A DNA stretch of 64,000 nt from an uncultured Actinomycetes bacterium (GTDB taxonomy: Bacteria > Actinomycetota > Thermoleophilia > Gaiellales > Gaiellaceae). Both the position numbers and the translations under genes were made by a program. Below the pieces are notes generated by a model. That model had not been told where the DNA came from. It saw only the letters and a program-made list of their open reading frames with translations, and did no database searches. This document shows positions 44,005-52,468 of this stretch, one piece after another; position 1 is the first letter of the stretch; each line of letters starts with the position of its first letter. The stretch spans positions 24,262 to 88,261 of the forward strand of contig CAVVIB010000014.1 of assembly GCA_963748205.1 (NCBI GenBank), written 5' to 3'.

Positions 44005-45309
44005 ATGCCACGACAAAAGTCAACTCACGTCGACGATCCACAGGCGGTAGGAAACCGCCTTCGCACCGCGCGGGAAGCCGCCGGGCTGAGCCAGCGACAG
44101 CTGGCTTTTCAGGGCTGCTCGCCGGCGTACATCTCGCGGATCGAGTCGGGTGACCGGATCCCGTCGCTTCAGCTCCTCCGCGAGCTCGGGCGGCGGCTCG
44201 GCGTCTCCGAGGACTACCTCGCCACCGGGTCCGACCCCGAGGCGCGCAACGGCAAAGCCCTAGAGGCCGAGGTCGCGCTCCGCCTGGACGACCTCGAGCT
44301 GGCCCACGACCTCTACACGCAGCTGCTCGACCAGGCCACGGGTGACGGCGACCGCTCGAACGCCCACGCCGGTCTCGGCCAGGTCGCCTACCGGCGCGGG
44401 GACCCGCGCACCGCGATCGACCACTTCGAGACCGCGATCCAGCTCTCGGGCGCGGACGAGACGGCCAACCCGGACGTGGCCGACTCGCTCGGGCGCGCGT
44501 ACGCGATGGTGGGCGAGCCCGAGTCGGCCATTGCCGTCTTCGAGCGGTGCCTCGCGGCCGCGGACGGCCGTGACGACCAGCTCGAGCGCATCCGCTTCCA
44601 GCTCCTCCTGGGCGACGCCCTCATCGACAGCGGGAACTTCGGCCGCGCGGAGGAGCTCCTCGCCAACGCGCTCGCGCTCGGGAAGGACTCCATCAACCCG
44701 AACGTGCGGATCAACCTCTACTGGACACAGTCCCGCCTGCACGCCGAGCGGAACGACAGCGAGACGGCCGCGCGCTACGCGCGCCGCGCGCTCGAGGTCC
44801 TGCGCATGACCGAGGACACGTACCGCACGGCCAGGGCGCACCAGCTCCTCGCCCACATCGAGCTCGACCGGGGCCGGCCCGACGAGGCGCTCGCGCTGCT
44901 CGAGGAAGGCTGGCCGCTCCTCCAGACGAGCGGCAACGCCGTCGAGCGAGCCCAGTACCGTCTCGAGGAGGCGCGCGCGCTCACGCGGCTCGAGCGCAAG
45001 GAGGAGGCAGCCGCGCTCGCCATGCAGATCGCCGGGATCGTCTCGGACGCAGCGCCCGAGGACGCCGCGCGGAGCTACTCGACCCTCGCGGAGATCTACG
45101 AGGAGATGGGCGACCGCGGGCGGGCGCTCGAGCTCTACGAGCTCGCGGCCGAGCTTCTGCGCCCGACGAACCCCAACCGCTACCTCGCCCGCGTATACGC
45201 CCAGATGGGCGAGCTGTACGAGGCCGAGGGCAACGCCGAGATGGCGTACGAGTACATGAAGAAGGCCGTCGGCATGCAGCAGGCGGTCGCTTTGAAACAC
45301 CAGACGTAG
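44005..45309 (+). CDS. HTH(XRE)-TPR transcriptional regulator (RRNPP/Rgg-like architecture)
   Basis: 434 aa. HTH VGNRLRTAREAAGLSQRQLAFQGCSPAYISRIESGDRIPS, then about 8 TPR-like repeats (e.g. ARSYSTLAEIYEEMGDRGRALELYELAAELL). Confidence 0.85.
   Translation: MPRQKSTHVDDPQAVGNRLRTAREAAGLSQRQLAFQGCSPAYISRIESGDRIPSLQLLRELGRRLGVSEDYLATGSDPEARNGKALEAEVALRLDDLELAHDLYTQLLDQATGDGDRSNAHAGLGQVAYRRGDPRTAIDHFETAIQLSGADETANPDVADSLGRAYAMVGEPESAIAVFERCLAAADGRDDQLERIRFQLLLGDALIDSGNFGRAEELLANALALGKDSINPNVRINLYWTQSRLHAERNDSETAARYARRALEVLRMTEDTYRTARAHQLLAHIELDRGRPDEALALLEEGWPLLQTSGNAVERAQYRLEEARALTRLERKEEAAALAMQIAGIVSDAAPEDAARSYSTLAEIYEEMGDRGRALELYELAAELLRPTNPNRYLARVYAQMGELYEAEGNAEMAYEYMKKAVGMQQAVALKHQT
44010..44023 (-). 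promoter_or_regulatory. copy of the recurrent AT-rich element (TTGACTTTTGTCGT)
   Basis: On the minus strand, oriented towards the micro-ORF 43849..43926. 12/14 identical to 57634..57647. Confidence 0.35.
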
Positions 45310-45405
45310 AGGCCTCCCGCCCTACGAATCCGGTATGATGTAAGGGCCGGCGCGAGATTCCTCGCGCACACTCTCTGGTTCGGGCAGCGCAATTGCGCTG
45401 CGTCC

Positions 45406-47919
45406 ATGCAAGAAGCGATACACCATCCGACTGTCCAGTCGGAGGCAACGGACGCCTTGACGGCCGCCGCCCTCCGCGCGGAAGCATGGTCAGGCGAGTC
45501 CTTCCTCCACCCCGGCGAGGACGCCGCAAGCGTCCTTGCGGAAGGCCATGCTCGCAGGCGCGCGCTGGACACCGCCCTGCTCGAGATGGAGGCGGGCAGA
45601 CGCTCCCCGTCCTCCGAGTGGAAGGTGAACTACGCCCTCATGCTCGGCATCGAGCGCGTGCTGACCGACCGGCCGCCGCGGCTCGCGTCCGGGACGGAGC
45701 TTCGCCGCCACCAGATCGACGCGCTGGCGGGAATGCTCGCCGAGCTGATCGCGCGGCACGAGGACGAGGCGGAGAACGGGAACGGCAACGGGGACACAGC
45801 GCAGCTCGAGGAGCGCGTGGAGGACGACGAGGAATTCGAAGAGGAGGCGGTCGCGGAGGACGAGGAGGTCGACGCCGAGGGGGAGGACGAGGCGGTCGAC
45901 GAGCTCACGCCGGGTGACGACCCGGGTGCGGTGAGGCGCTTCCGCTTCCGCCACCCGACGGCCTCCGGGAAGACGATCGCCGCGGGCGGCTTCGTCGAGG
46001 CCGCGAAGACGATGGGCGTCCTCATCCTCACGCACAGGCGCCTGCTCGTGAACCAGTTCACGAGCGACCTGACGACGGAGGGCTACGGCGAGCGCCTGCA
46101 CGAGGCGGTGCTCCGCGACCTCGAGCCGCTGCGGGGGAACCCGATCACGATCCAGACGTACGCGTGGTTCGCGCGGCACGTCGACTCCCTCTCTCGCAAG
46201 GCCTACCAGCTGGTCATCTGCGACGAGGCCCACACGGCGCTCGGGGAAAAGACGAGCGCCGCCATCCGCAGCCTGACCGAGCCGATCTACATCGGCATGA
46301 CGGCGACCGAGCAGCTGATCGCCAAGCAGGTCTCGGACGTCTTCCCCGCCTCGGTCGACGATCTGCCGCTCGGCGACGCAGCGCGCCGCGGCCTGATCGC
46401 GCCGCTGCGCTCCCTCAGGGTGCGGCCCGCGGCGGCGATCTCGTCGGTCCCCATCGTCGGCGGGGACTACGACCAGGAGATCCTGGCCAAGGTCCTCGAC
46501 CAGGAGATCTTCAACCAGGCGGCCGCGAGCCTCTACCGCGACCGCTTCGCCGAGACGCCGGGGATCGTCTACGCCGCCGGCGTCGAGCACGCCTACAACC
46601 TCGCGCGCGAGCTCCGCGCGGCCGGCCTCAAGGCCGAGGCCGTGAGCGGGCGGACGCCGCCGGTGAAGCTCGCCGAGACGCTGGCCGCGTACGAGCGCGG
46701 CGAGATCAACGTCCTCGTCAACGCCCAGCTCCTTGCCGAGGGCTGGAACTCGCCCCGCGCGACGGTCTGCATGCACCTGGCGCCGACGGCGAGCCGGCGC
46801 GTCTACCAGCAGCGGATCGGCCGCGTCATGCGCCTCGCGCCGCGCAAGGAGGCGGGGATCGTCGTGGACTTCGTCGACGACGCGGCCACGCACAACGACC
46901 GCACGATCACGATCCACAGCCTGCTCGACTCGGACTTCTACCGGCCCGGCGCCCGGGTCACGCCGGCTCCGCGCCGCCGCGTGCAGCGACGGGCGAAACG
47001 GAAGCTCTCGCCCGCGCCCTGGCTCGCTCCGGTGACGCCCGACGCGCGCCGCCGCGTCACGGTGATCACGCGCGAGTGGGAGCGCGTCGACCCCAGCCGC
47101 CTCGCCGAGGACGAGCAGCTCCTCTGGGCCCGCATCGCCGGCCGGCAGGTGCGTTTCGAGGAGCGCCAGGCCTTCGCCGAGAAGCTCGCCCGCGCCAGCC
47201 GCGGCTGCCGCGAGGCGTTCCTCATGAGCTGCGCCGCCGAGAACCCGAACCGCCGCCTGCGCCTCTCGGCGCTCGGCGACCGGGTCTCGGTCAGCGTCGA
47301 CCGCGCCGACTTCGACGACCTCGTCACCATGGTGACCTCGGCGCCGACCTGGGACAAGGACCGCGTCCAGGGTGTTCGCGTGCTCATGCGCGCGATCGGC
47401 GAGGGGAAGGTCGAGGCGCCGGAGGACATCATCGCCCGCTGGACCTGGCGCCTCGCCCGCGCCACGCGCAAGATCCAGGACCGCCGCGCGAGCGCCGACC
47501 TGCCGGAGGCGAAGCGCCTCCTCGGCGCGCTCACCAACTCCCGCGGCCACCGCCACGAGGAGAACGCCGCCCGCCTCGTCAACGTCGCGCTCGAGCAGCC
47601 GATCCACGTGGCCGTGGCGCTCCTCGCCTCGGCCGAGGCCTACACGCCGACGGCGCAGCGGCTGATCGACGGTGTCCGCGAGCGGATCGGCACGCTCCAG
47701 GAGGTCGCCAACGCACTCGCCGACAACCTGCCCGCGCCGAAGCAGCCCTCGAGCAAGTCGCGCCGACGTCGGCGCAAGAAGCGGCGCAAGGGCGACGACG
47801 GGCAGGCCAAGGCCCAGTCGCAAAACGGCAAGCCGAACGACGCCAAGGGCAAGCGGCCGAGGAAGGCCGAGGATGCGCCGCCGCAGCCGGTCGTTCGAGC
47901 CGCCGAGAAGACCGCGTAA
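45406..47919 (+). CDS. superfamily-2 DEAD/DEAH (ResIII-type) helicase with an acidic insert and a Lys/Arg-rich tail
   Basis: 837 aa. Walker A HPTASGKTIAA, DEAH box VICDEAH, TAT (IGMTATE), and helicase C (NVLVNAQLLAEGWNSPR...QRIGRVMR). Tail SKSRRRRRKKRRKGDD. Confidence 0.85.
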   Translation: MQEAIHHPTVQSEATDALTAAALRAEAWSGESFLHPGEDAASVLAEGHARRRALDTALLEMEAGRRSPSSEWKVNYALMLGIERVLTDRPPRLASGTELRRHQIDALAGMLAELIARHEDEAENGNGNGDTAQLEERVEDDEEFEEEAVAEDEEVDAEGEDEAVDELTPGDDPGAVRRFRFRHPTASGKTIAAGGFVEAAKTMGVLILTHRRLLVNQFTSDLTTEGYGERLHEAVLRDLEPLRGNPITIQTYAWFARHVDSLSRKAYQLVICDEAHTALGEKTSAAIRSLTEPIYIGMTATEQLIAKQVSDVFPASVDDLPLGDAARRGLIAPLRSLRVRPAAAISSVPIVGGDYDQEILAKVLDQEIFNQAAASLYRDRFAETPGIVYAAGVEHAYNLARELRAAGLKAEAVSGRTPPVKLAETLAAYERGEINVLVNAQLLAEGWNSPRATVCMHLAPTASRRVYQQRIGRVMRLAPRKEAGIVVDFVDDAATHNDRTITIHSLLDSDFYRPGARVTPAPRRRVQRRAKRKLSPAPWLAPVTPDARRRVTVITREWERVDPSRLAEDEQLLWARIAGRQVRFEERQAFAEKLARASRGCREAFLMSCAAENPNRRLRLSALGDRVSVSVDRADFDDLVTMVTSAPTWDKDRVQGVRVLMRAIGEGKVEAPEDIIARWTWRLARATRKIQDRRASADLPEAKRLLGALTNSRGHRHEENAARLVNVALEQPIHVAVALLASAEAYTPTAQRLIDGVRERIGTLQEVANALADNLPAPKQPSSKSRRRRRKKRRKGDDGQAKAQSQNGKPNDAKGKRPRKAEDAPPQPVVRAAEKTA

Positions 47920-47955
47920 GCCTCTGGTAACAGACGCGGAGTAGCATCGAGAGAG

Positions 47956-49593
47956 ATGCTGCTGCTCCTCGGCGTCGCCTTCGTCGCGGGGATCGTCACC
48001 GCCGTCTCGCCCTGCGTCCTGCCCGTGCTCCCCATCGTGCTCGCCGGCGGCGCGACGGGAGGGAAACGGCGCCCGTACGCGATCGTCGCGGGCCTCGTCG
48101 CCAGCTTCACCTTCTTCACGCTGACCGCGGCCGCGCTCCTGTCCGCGCTCGGCCTCCCTGACGACCTCCTGCGGAACCTCGCCATCGCGGTCGTGGTCGT
48201 CGTCGGCGTGTCGCTCCTCTGGGCGCCGCTCGGCGAGCTCCTCTCCCGCCCCTTCCAGCGACTCTCGCGCCGCCATCCGGGCGACGTCGGCGGCTTCGTG
48301 CTCGGAGTCAGCCTCGGGCTGATCTTCACGCCCTGCGCCGGCCCGGTGATCGGCGCGGTCGCCACGGTCGCGGCGACCCGCGACCTGGGCGTCGAGGCCG
48401 TGCTGATCACGCTCGCCTACGGCCTGGGCGCCGGCGTCGTCCTACTCGGGGTCGCGATCGGGGCTCAGCGCGGGATGAACCTCGCGCCGGTCCGGGCGCA
48501 CGCGCCGCTCATTCGGCGTGCGCTCGGCGTCGGCGTCCTCGTCGTGGCCGCCCTCATGATCTACGGCGTCGACCGCGACCTCCGGACACGCGTCCCCGAG
48601 TACACGAAGGCGCTTCAGTCCCTCGAGGAGAGCGCCGCCGCACGGTCGCAGCTGGAGGACCTCGTCGGGACGCCCGGGCTGGCCCGCGAGGAGCGCCTGG
48701 ACGACTACGGCAAGGCGCCCGACTTCACGGCGATCGAGGAGTGGATCAACTCACGGCCGCTCACGATGGCCGGATTGCGCGGAAAGGTCGTGCTCCTCGA
48801 CTTCTGGACGTACTCGTGCATCAACTGCCTCCGGACGCTCCCGCACATCCGCGCGTGGTACGACGAGTACCGCGACGACGGCCTCGTGATCGTCGGCGTG
48901 CACACGCCGGAGTTCGCATTCGAGCGGGAGGAGGACAACGTCCGCCGCGCCGTCCGCGACCACGGGATCGAGTACCCGGTCGCGCTCGACAACGAGTACG
49001 GCACCTGGCAGGCGTTCCAGAACCGCTACTGGCCGGCGAAGTACTTCGTCGACCGCCGCGGCCGGCTTCGCTACGTCCACTTCGGCGAGGGCGACTACGA
49101 GGAGAGCGAGCGCGTCATCCGCACGCTCCTCGCCGAGGAGACGTCGTCTCCGCTCGTCTCCGACCAGATCGAGGACGAGACGCCGAGCGGCGAGCAGACG
49201 CCCGAGACGTACCTCGGCTACCAGCGGCTCGACCGCTTCGTCGGCTCCCGCGTGGCGCCCGACCAGGAGGCCGAGTACTCGATCCCGAAGCTCGTCCCCC
49301 TCCACGGTGTCGCCTACGGCGGCCGCTGGACCGTCGAGGGCGAGCGGATCGTGGCCGGGGAGAACGCGCGGCTCCGCCTCTCCTTCCACGGCCGCAACGT
49401 CTTCCTCGTCCTCGGCACCGACGGGGACTGGAAGACCGTCGAGGTGACGCTAGACGGGGAGCCCGTGGGCACCGTGCAGGTGACGCAGGACGACCTCTAC
49501 ACGCTCGCGCGCATCCCGGGCGAGAAGCGCGACCACATCCTCGACCTCGGCTTCACGCCGGGGACCGAGGCCTACGCCTTCACGTTTGGTTAG
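47956..49593 (+). CDS. dipZ: CcdA/DsbD-type membrane reductant transporter fused to a thioredoxin-like domain (DipZ-like)
   Basis: 545 aa. Membrane domain Cys motifs SPCVLP and FTPCAGP. Thioredoxin-like domain LDFWTYSCINCLRTLP. A C-terminal beta-sandwich-like region follows. Confidence 0.85.
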   Translation: MLLLLGVAFVAGIVTAVSPCVLPVLPIVLAGGATGGKRRPYAIVAGLVASFTFFTLTAAALLSALGLPDDLLRNLAIAVVVVVGVSLLWAPLGELLSRPFQRLSRRHPGDVGGFVLGVSLGLIFTPCAGPVIGAVATVAATRDLGVEAVLITLAYGLGAGVVLLGVAIGAQRGMNLAPVRAHAPLIRRALGVGVLVVAALMIYGVDRDLRTRVPEYTKALQSLEESAAARSQLEDLVGTPGLAREERLDDYGKAPDFTAIEEWINSRPLTMAGLRGKVVLLDFWTYSCINCLRTLPHIRAWYDEYRDDGLVIVGVHTPEFAFEREEDNVRRAVRDHGIEYPVALDNEYGTWQAFQNRYWPAKYFVDRRGRLRYVHFGEGDYEESERVIRTLLAEETSSPLVSDQIEDETPSGEQTPETYLGYQRLDRFVGSRVAPDQEAEYSIPKLVPLHGVAYGGRWTVEGERIVAGENARLRLSFHGRNVFLVLGTDGDWKTVEVTLDGEPVGTVQVTQDDLYTLARIPGEKRDHILDLGFTPGTEAYAFTFG

Positions 49594-50441
49594 GCCTCGT
49601 CTTCGCGCTCTTGCCGGGTCCGCTCCTCGTGCTCCTTGAGGAAGCGGGTCAGCTCGGCGGCGAGGGAATCGCCGGACGGCACGTCGAGCTCCTCGCCGAG
49701 CGCGTCTCGCCGGGTCTCGAGCTCGTGCACGTACGCCTCGGTCTCCTCGTCCTGCGCGACCGCTGCGCTCACCTGGAGCTCGTAGGCGTCCGCCGCGCGC
49801 TCCAGGTCGGTGAGATCGATCGACGTCTCGAGGAGCCCTGCCAGCCGCTCGCAGAGCGCGAGCGCGGCCTTCGGGCTCGCGGCGAGCGAGACGTAGTGCG
49901 GCACCGCGGCCCAGAGGCTCGCCGACGGCAGGCCGGCCTCGTGGCAGGCGTCGTGCAGAACGCCGACGATGCCGGTCGGGCCCTCGTAGCGCGACGAGGT
50001 CAGCCCCAGCTCCTGGACGAGGTCGGCGTCGCTCGCGGAGCCCGTGACGGGCGACGGCCGCGTGTGCGGGACGTCGGCGAGCAGCGCCCCGAGCGTCACG
50101 ACCAGCTCGACGCCCAGATCCTTCGCCAGCCCGGCGATCTCGCCCGCGAACGTGCGCCAGCGGGTGTTCGGCTCGATGCCGAGCAGGAGCACGGCGTCGC
50201 GCTCCTTCCCCGGGATGGCGGCGTGGTAGAAGACGTTCTCGGGCCAGTCGATGTGCCGCGTGATCCCGTCCTCGAGCCGGACGTGCGGGCGGACGGCCTG
50301 GAAGTCGTAGAACTCCTCCGGGTCGATGTCGGCGAAGCGCTCGGCGCTCCAGCTCTGCGCAAGGAAGCTCGCGGCGAGCGAAGCCCCCTGCGCGCCGTCG
50401 TTCCAGCCACGGAACGCGGCGACGAGAACAGGCGCGCGCAG
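49590..50441 (-). CDS. PAC2 (proteasome assembly chaperone 2-like) family protein; start codon uncertain
   Basis: Track ORF 49590..50192 starts at a GTG. The same frame is open upstream and encodes APVLVAAFRGWNDGAQGAS...IDPEEFYDFQAVRPHVRLEDGITRHIDWPENVFYH (the conserved PAC2 N-terminus). There is no ATG/GTG/TTG after the in-frame TAG at 50487..50489. A CTG lies at 50441. Confidence 0.75.
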   Translation of the reverse strand: MRAPVLVAAFRGWNDGAQGASLAASFLAQSWSAERFADIDPEEFYDFQAVRPHVRLEDGITRHIDWPENVFYHAAIPGKERDAVLLLGIEPNTRWRTFAGEIAGLAKDLGVELVVTLGALLADVPHTRPSPVTGSASDADLVQELGLTSSRYEGPTGIVGVLHDACHEAGLPSASLWAAVPHYVSLAASPKAALALCERLAGLLETSIDLTDLERAADAYELQVSAAVAQDEETEAYVHELETRRDALGEELDVPSGDSLAAELTRFLKEHEERTRQEREDEA

Positions 50442-50486
50442 GGAGGGCCGGGTATCGATGCGGAGATGCCCTGCGATCGGACCAGT

Positions 50487-51401
50487 CTACGGCAGCCGGG
50501 CGCGCTGCCCGAGCACGATGCGGACCGCGAGCGCCACGACCAGCACCCAGATCGCAGTCGCGACCGTCACGTGGAAAAGCACGAGGCCCCAGGGCAGTCC
50601 TTCCCGCCATTGCACCTCGCCCACCGCCATCTGGACGAGCAGGAGCCCGAGGATGGCGCCGGCCATGCGGAGCTCCACACGCGCACGTCTTCGCTCCGCC
50701 CAGAGCAGGACGACCAGCGCCAGAAATCCGATCCCGAAGAGCGCCGTGGCCCCGATGTGGATGTGCACGGCCTCGATCAGGTCGCCGAAGCGCACGATGT
50801 CCTCTCCGCCCGAGTGCGGGCCTGCGGCGGTGACGAGCGTGCCGGAGACGACGAGCGCGAGCGCCGCGGGCACGACCGCGAGGGCGAGCCAAGCGGAGCC
50901 GAGCGGCGACTCCGCGGTCGCGCCGCGGGCGAAGTTGCGCGCGCCCTGGACGACCACGACCGCGACGGCGAGGGCGACGAGGGACAGCAGGAAGTGGCCC
51001 ATCACGATCAGCGGATGCAGCTCGAAGACGACCGTGATCCCGCCGAGGATCCCCTGGGCGAGCACCGTGAACGGGAGCGCGACCGCGCTCCAGAAGAGCC
51101 AGCGGGGGAGGCCCGGCACGCGGAAGGCGACGCCGGCCGCGATCAGGGTCGTGATCCCGACCGCGAAGCCCATCACCCGGTTGCCGAACTCGACGTAGGC
51201 GTTGTAGTCCTTGGGCGGGAGCAGCGTCTCGCCGCAGCGCGGCCAGTTCTCGCAGCCGAGGCCCGAGCCGGTCAGGCGCACGGTCGCGCCGGAGACGACG
51301 ATCAGGAAGAGCGCGGCGAGCGCAACGTAGGCGAACCAGGCGAACGCCGAGGGCGAGACCGTCAGCGAGCGGAGCCGCGCCGTACGGGCGCCGGCCTCCA
51401 T
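50487..51401 (-). CDS. ctaA: heme A synthase (COX15/CtaA family)
   Basis: 304 aa, about 8 TM helices. LGCENWPRCGE Cys pair and conserved His residues (VMGHFLLS, LFHVTVA). Confidence 0.85.
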   Translation of the reverse strand: MEAGARTARLRSLTVSPSAFAWFAYVALAALFLIVVSGATVRLTGSGLGCENWPRCGETLLPPKDYNAYVEFGNRVMGFAVGITTLIAAGVAFRVPGLPRWLFWSAVALPFTVLAQGILGGITVVFELHPLIVMGHFLLSLVALAVAVVVVQGARNFARGATAESPLGSAWLALAVVPAALALVVSGTLVTAAGPHSGGEDIVRFGDLIEAVHIHIGATALFGIGFLALVVLLWAERRRARVELRMAGAILGLLLVQMAVGEVQWREGLPWGLVLFHVTVATAIWVLVVALAVRIVLGQRARLP

Positions 51402-52429
51402 CAGGAGACCGCCACCCCGCTCCCTTCCTCGACCCTGCCGACGCGCGCGAGGAAGAGGCCCTCGTCCTGGAACTGCGCCATGAGCACCGCAGCCTTGTCG
51501 GCGGGCAACGAGACGAGGAGCCCGCCCGCGGTCTGCGGGTCGAAGCCGAGCGCGAGGATCTCGTCCGAGGTCCCGTTCACCTCGAGCACCCCGGCCGCGA
51601 AGTCCCTGTTGCGCGCGTCGCCGCCCGTGCGGACGCCCTCGGCCGCGGCCGCGAGCGCGCCCGGGAGCGCGGGAAAGGCTTCGGCATCGAGCACGACCCG
51701 CACCCCGCTCCCCTCGGCCATCTCGCGCGCGTGGCCGAAGAGACCGAAGCCCGTCACGTCGGTGACCGCGCTCGGCTCGAAGCCGCGCAGGGCCTCGGCC
51801 GCGCGCCCGTTCAGCTCGGTCATCCGGCCGGTGGCCTCGGAGGCCTCCGCGTCGCCGAGGACGCCCTTGGCGGCGCCGGCGAGCACGAGCCCGGTGCCGA
51901 GCGGCTTCGTGAGGAAGAGCGCGTCGCCCTGCCGGGCCGCGGTCTTGCGCCAGAGCCCGTCCGGGTGGACGGTGCCGACGACGGCGAGGCCGTACTTGGG
52001 CTCGTCGTCGCGGATCGTGTGCCCGCCAGCGAGGACGGCGCCCGACTCCTGCACCTTGGCCGCGGCCGCGTCGAAGATCGCGCGCACGGTCTCGAGCGGC
52101 AGCTCCTCCGGGAAGGCCGCGATCGAGAGCGCGAGGAGGGGCTTGCCGCCCATGGCGAAGACGTCGTTGAGGGCGTTCGCAGCGGCGATCCCGCCGAAGA
52201 GCGCCGGGTCGTCGACCATGGGCGGGAAGAAGTCCGTCGTGAAGATGAGCGCCCGCTCGTCGTCGAGCTTGTAGACCGCGGCGTCGTCCGCGGGCGCCAG
52301 CCCGACGAGGAGGTTCTCGGAGGCCGCGGGAGCGAACCCGGCCAGCAGCTCCTCGAGGCGGGCCGCGGAGTACTTCGCAGCGCAGCCGCCTCCCGCTTCG
52401 AGACCGGAGAGCCGGGCTGTAGTCTCCAC
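51401..52429 (-). CDS. selD: selenide, water dikinase (selenophosphate synthetase), Cys-type
   Basis: 342 aa from GTG 52429. GLEAGGGCAAKYS N-terminal loop and PurM-like domains (DDAAVY, FFPPMVDDP..FGGIAAANALNDVFAMGG, TDVTGFGLFGHA). TGATG overlap with ctaA. Confidence 0.85.
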   Translation of the reverse strand: METTARLSGLEAGGGCAAKYSAARLEELLAGFAPAASENLLVGLAPADDAAVYKLDDERALIFTTDFFPPMVDDPALFGGIAAANALNDVFAMGGKPLLALSIAAFPEELPLETVRAIFDAAAAKVQESGAVLAGGHTIRDDEPKYGLAVVGTVHPDGLWRKTAARQGDALFLTKPLGTGLVLAGAAKGVLGDAEASEATGRMTELNGRAAEALRGFEPSAVTDVTGFGLFGHAREMAEGSGVRVVLDAEAFPALPGALAAAAEGVRTGGDARNRDFAAGVLEVNGTSDEILALGFDPQTAGGLLVSLPADKAAVLMAQFQDEGLFLARVGRVEEGSGVAVS

Positions 52430-52468
52430 GCGATGGAGGTTACCGCCAGGGAGTATGGGTGTCAGAAC

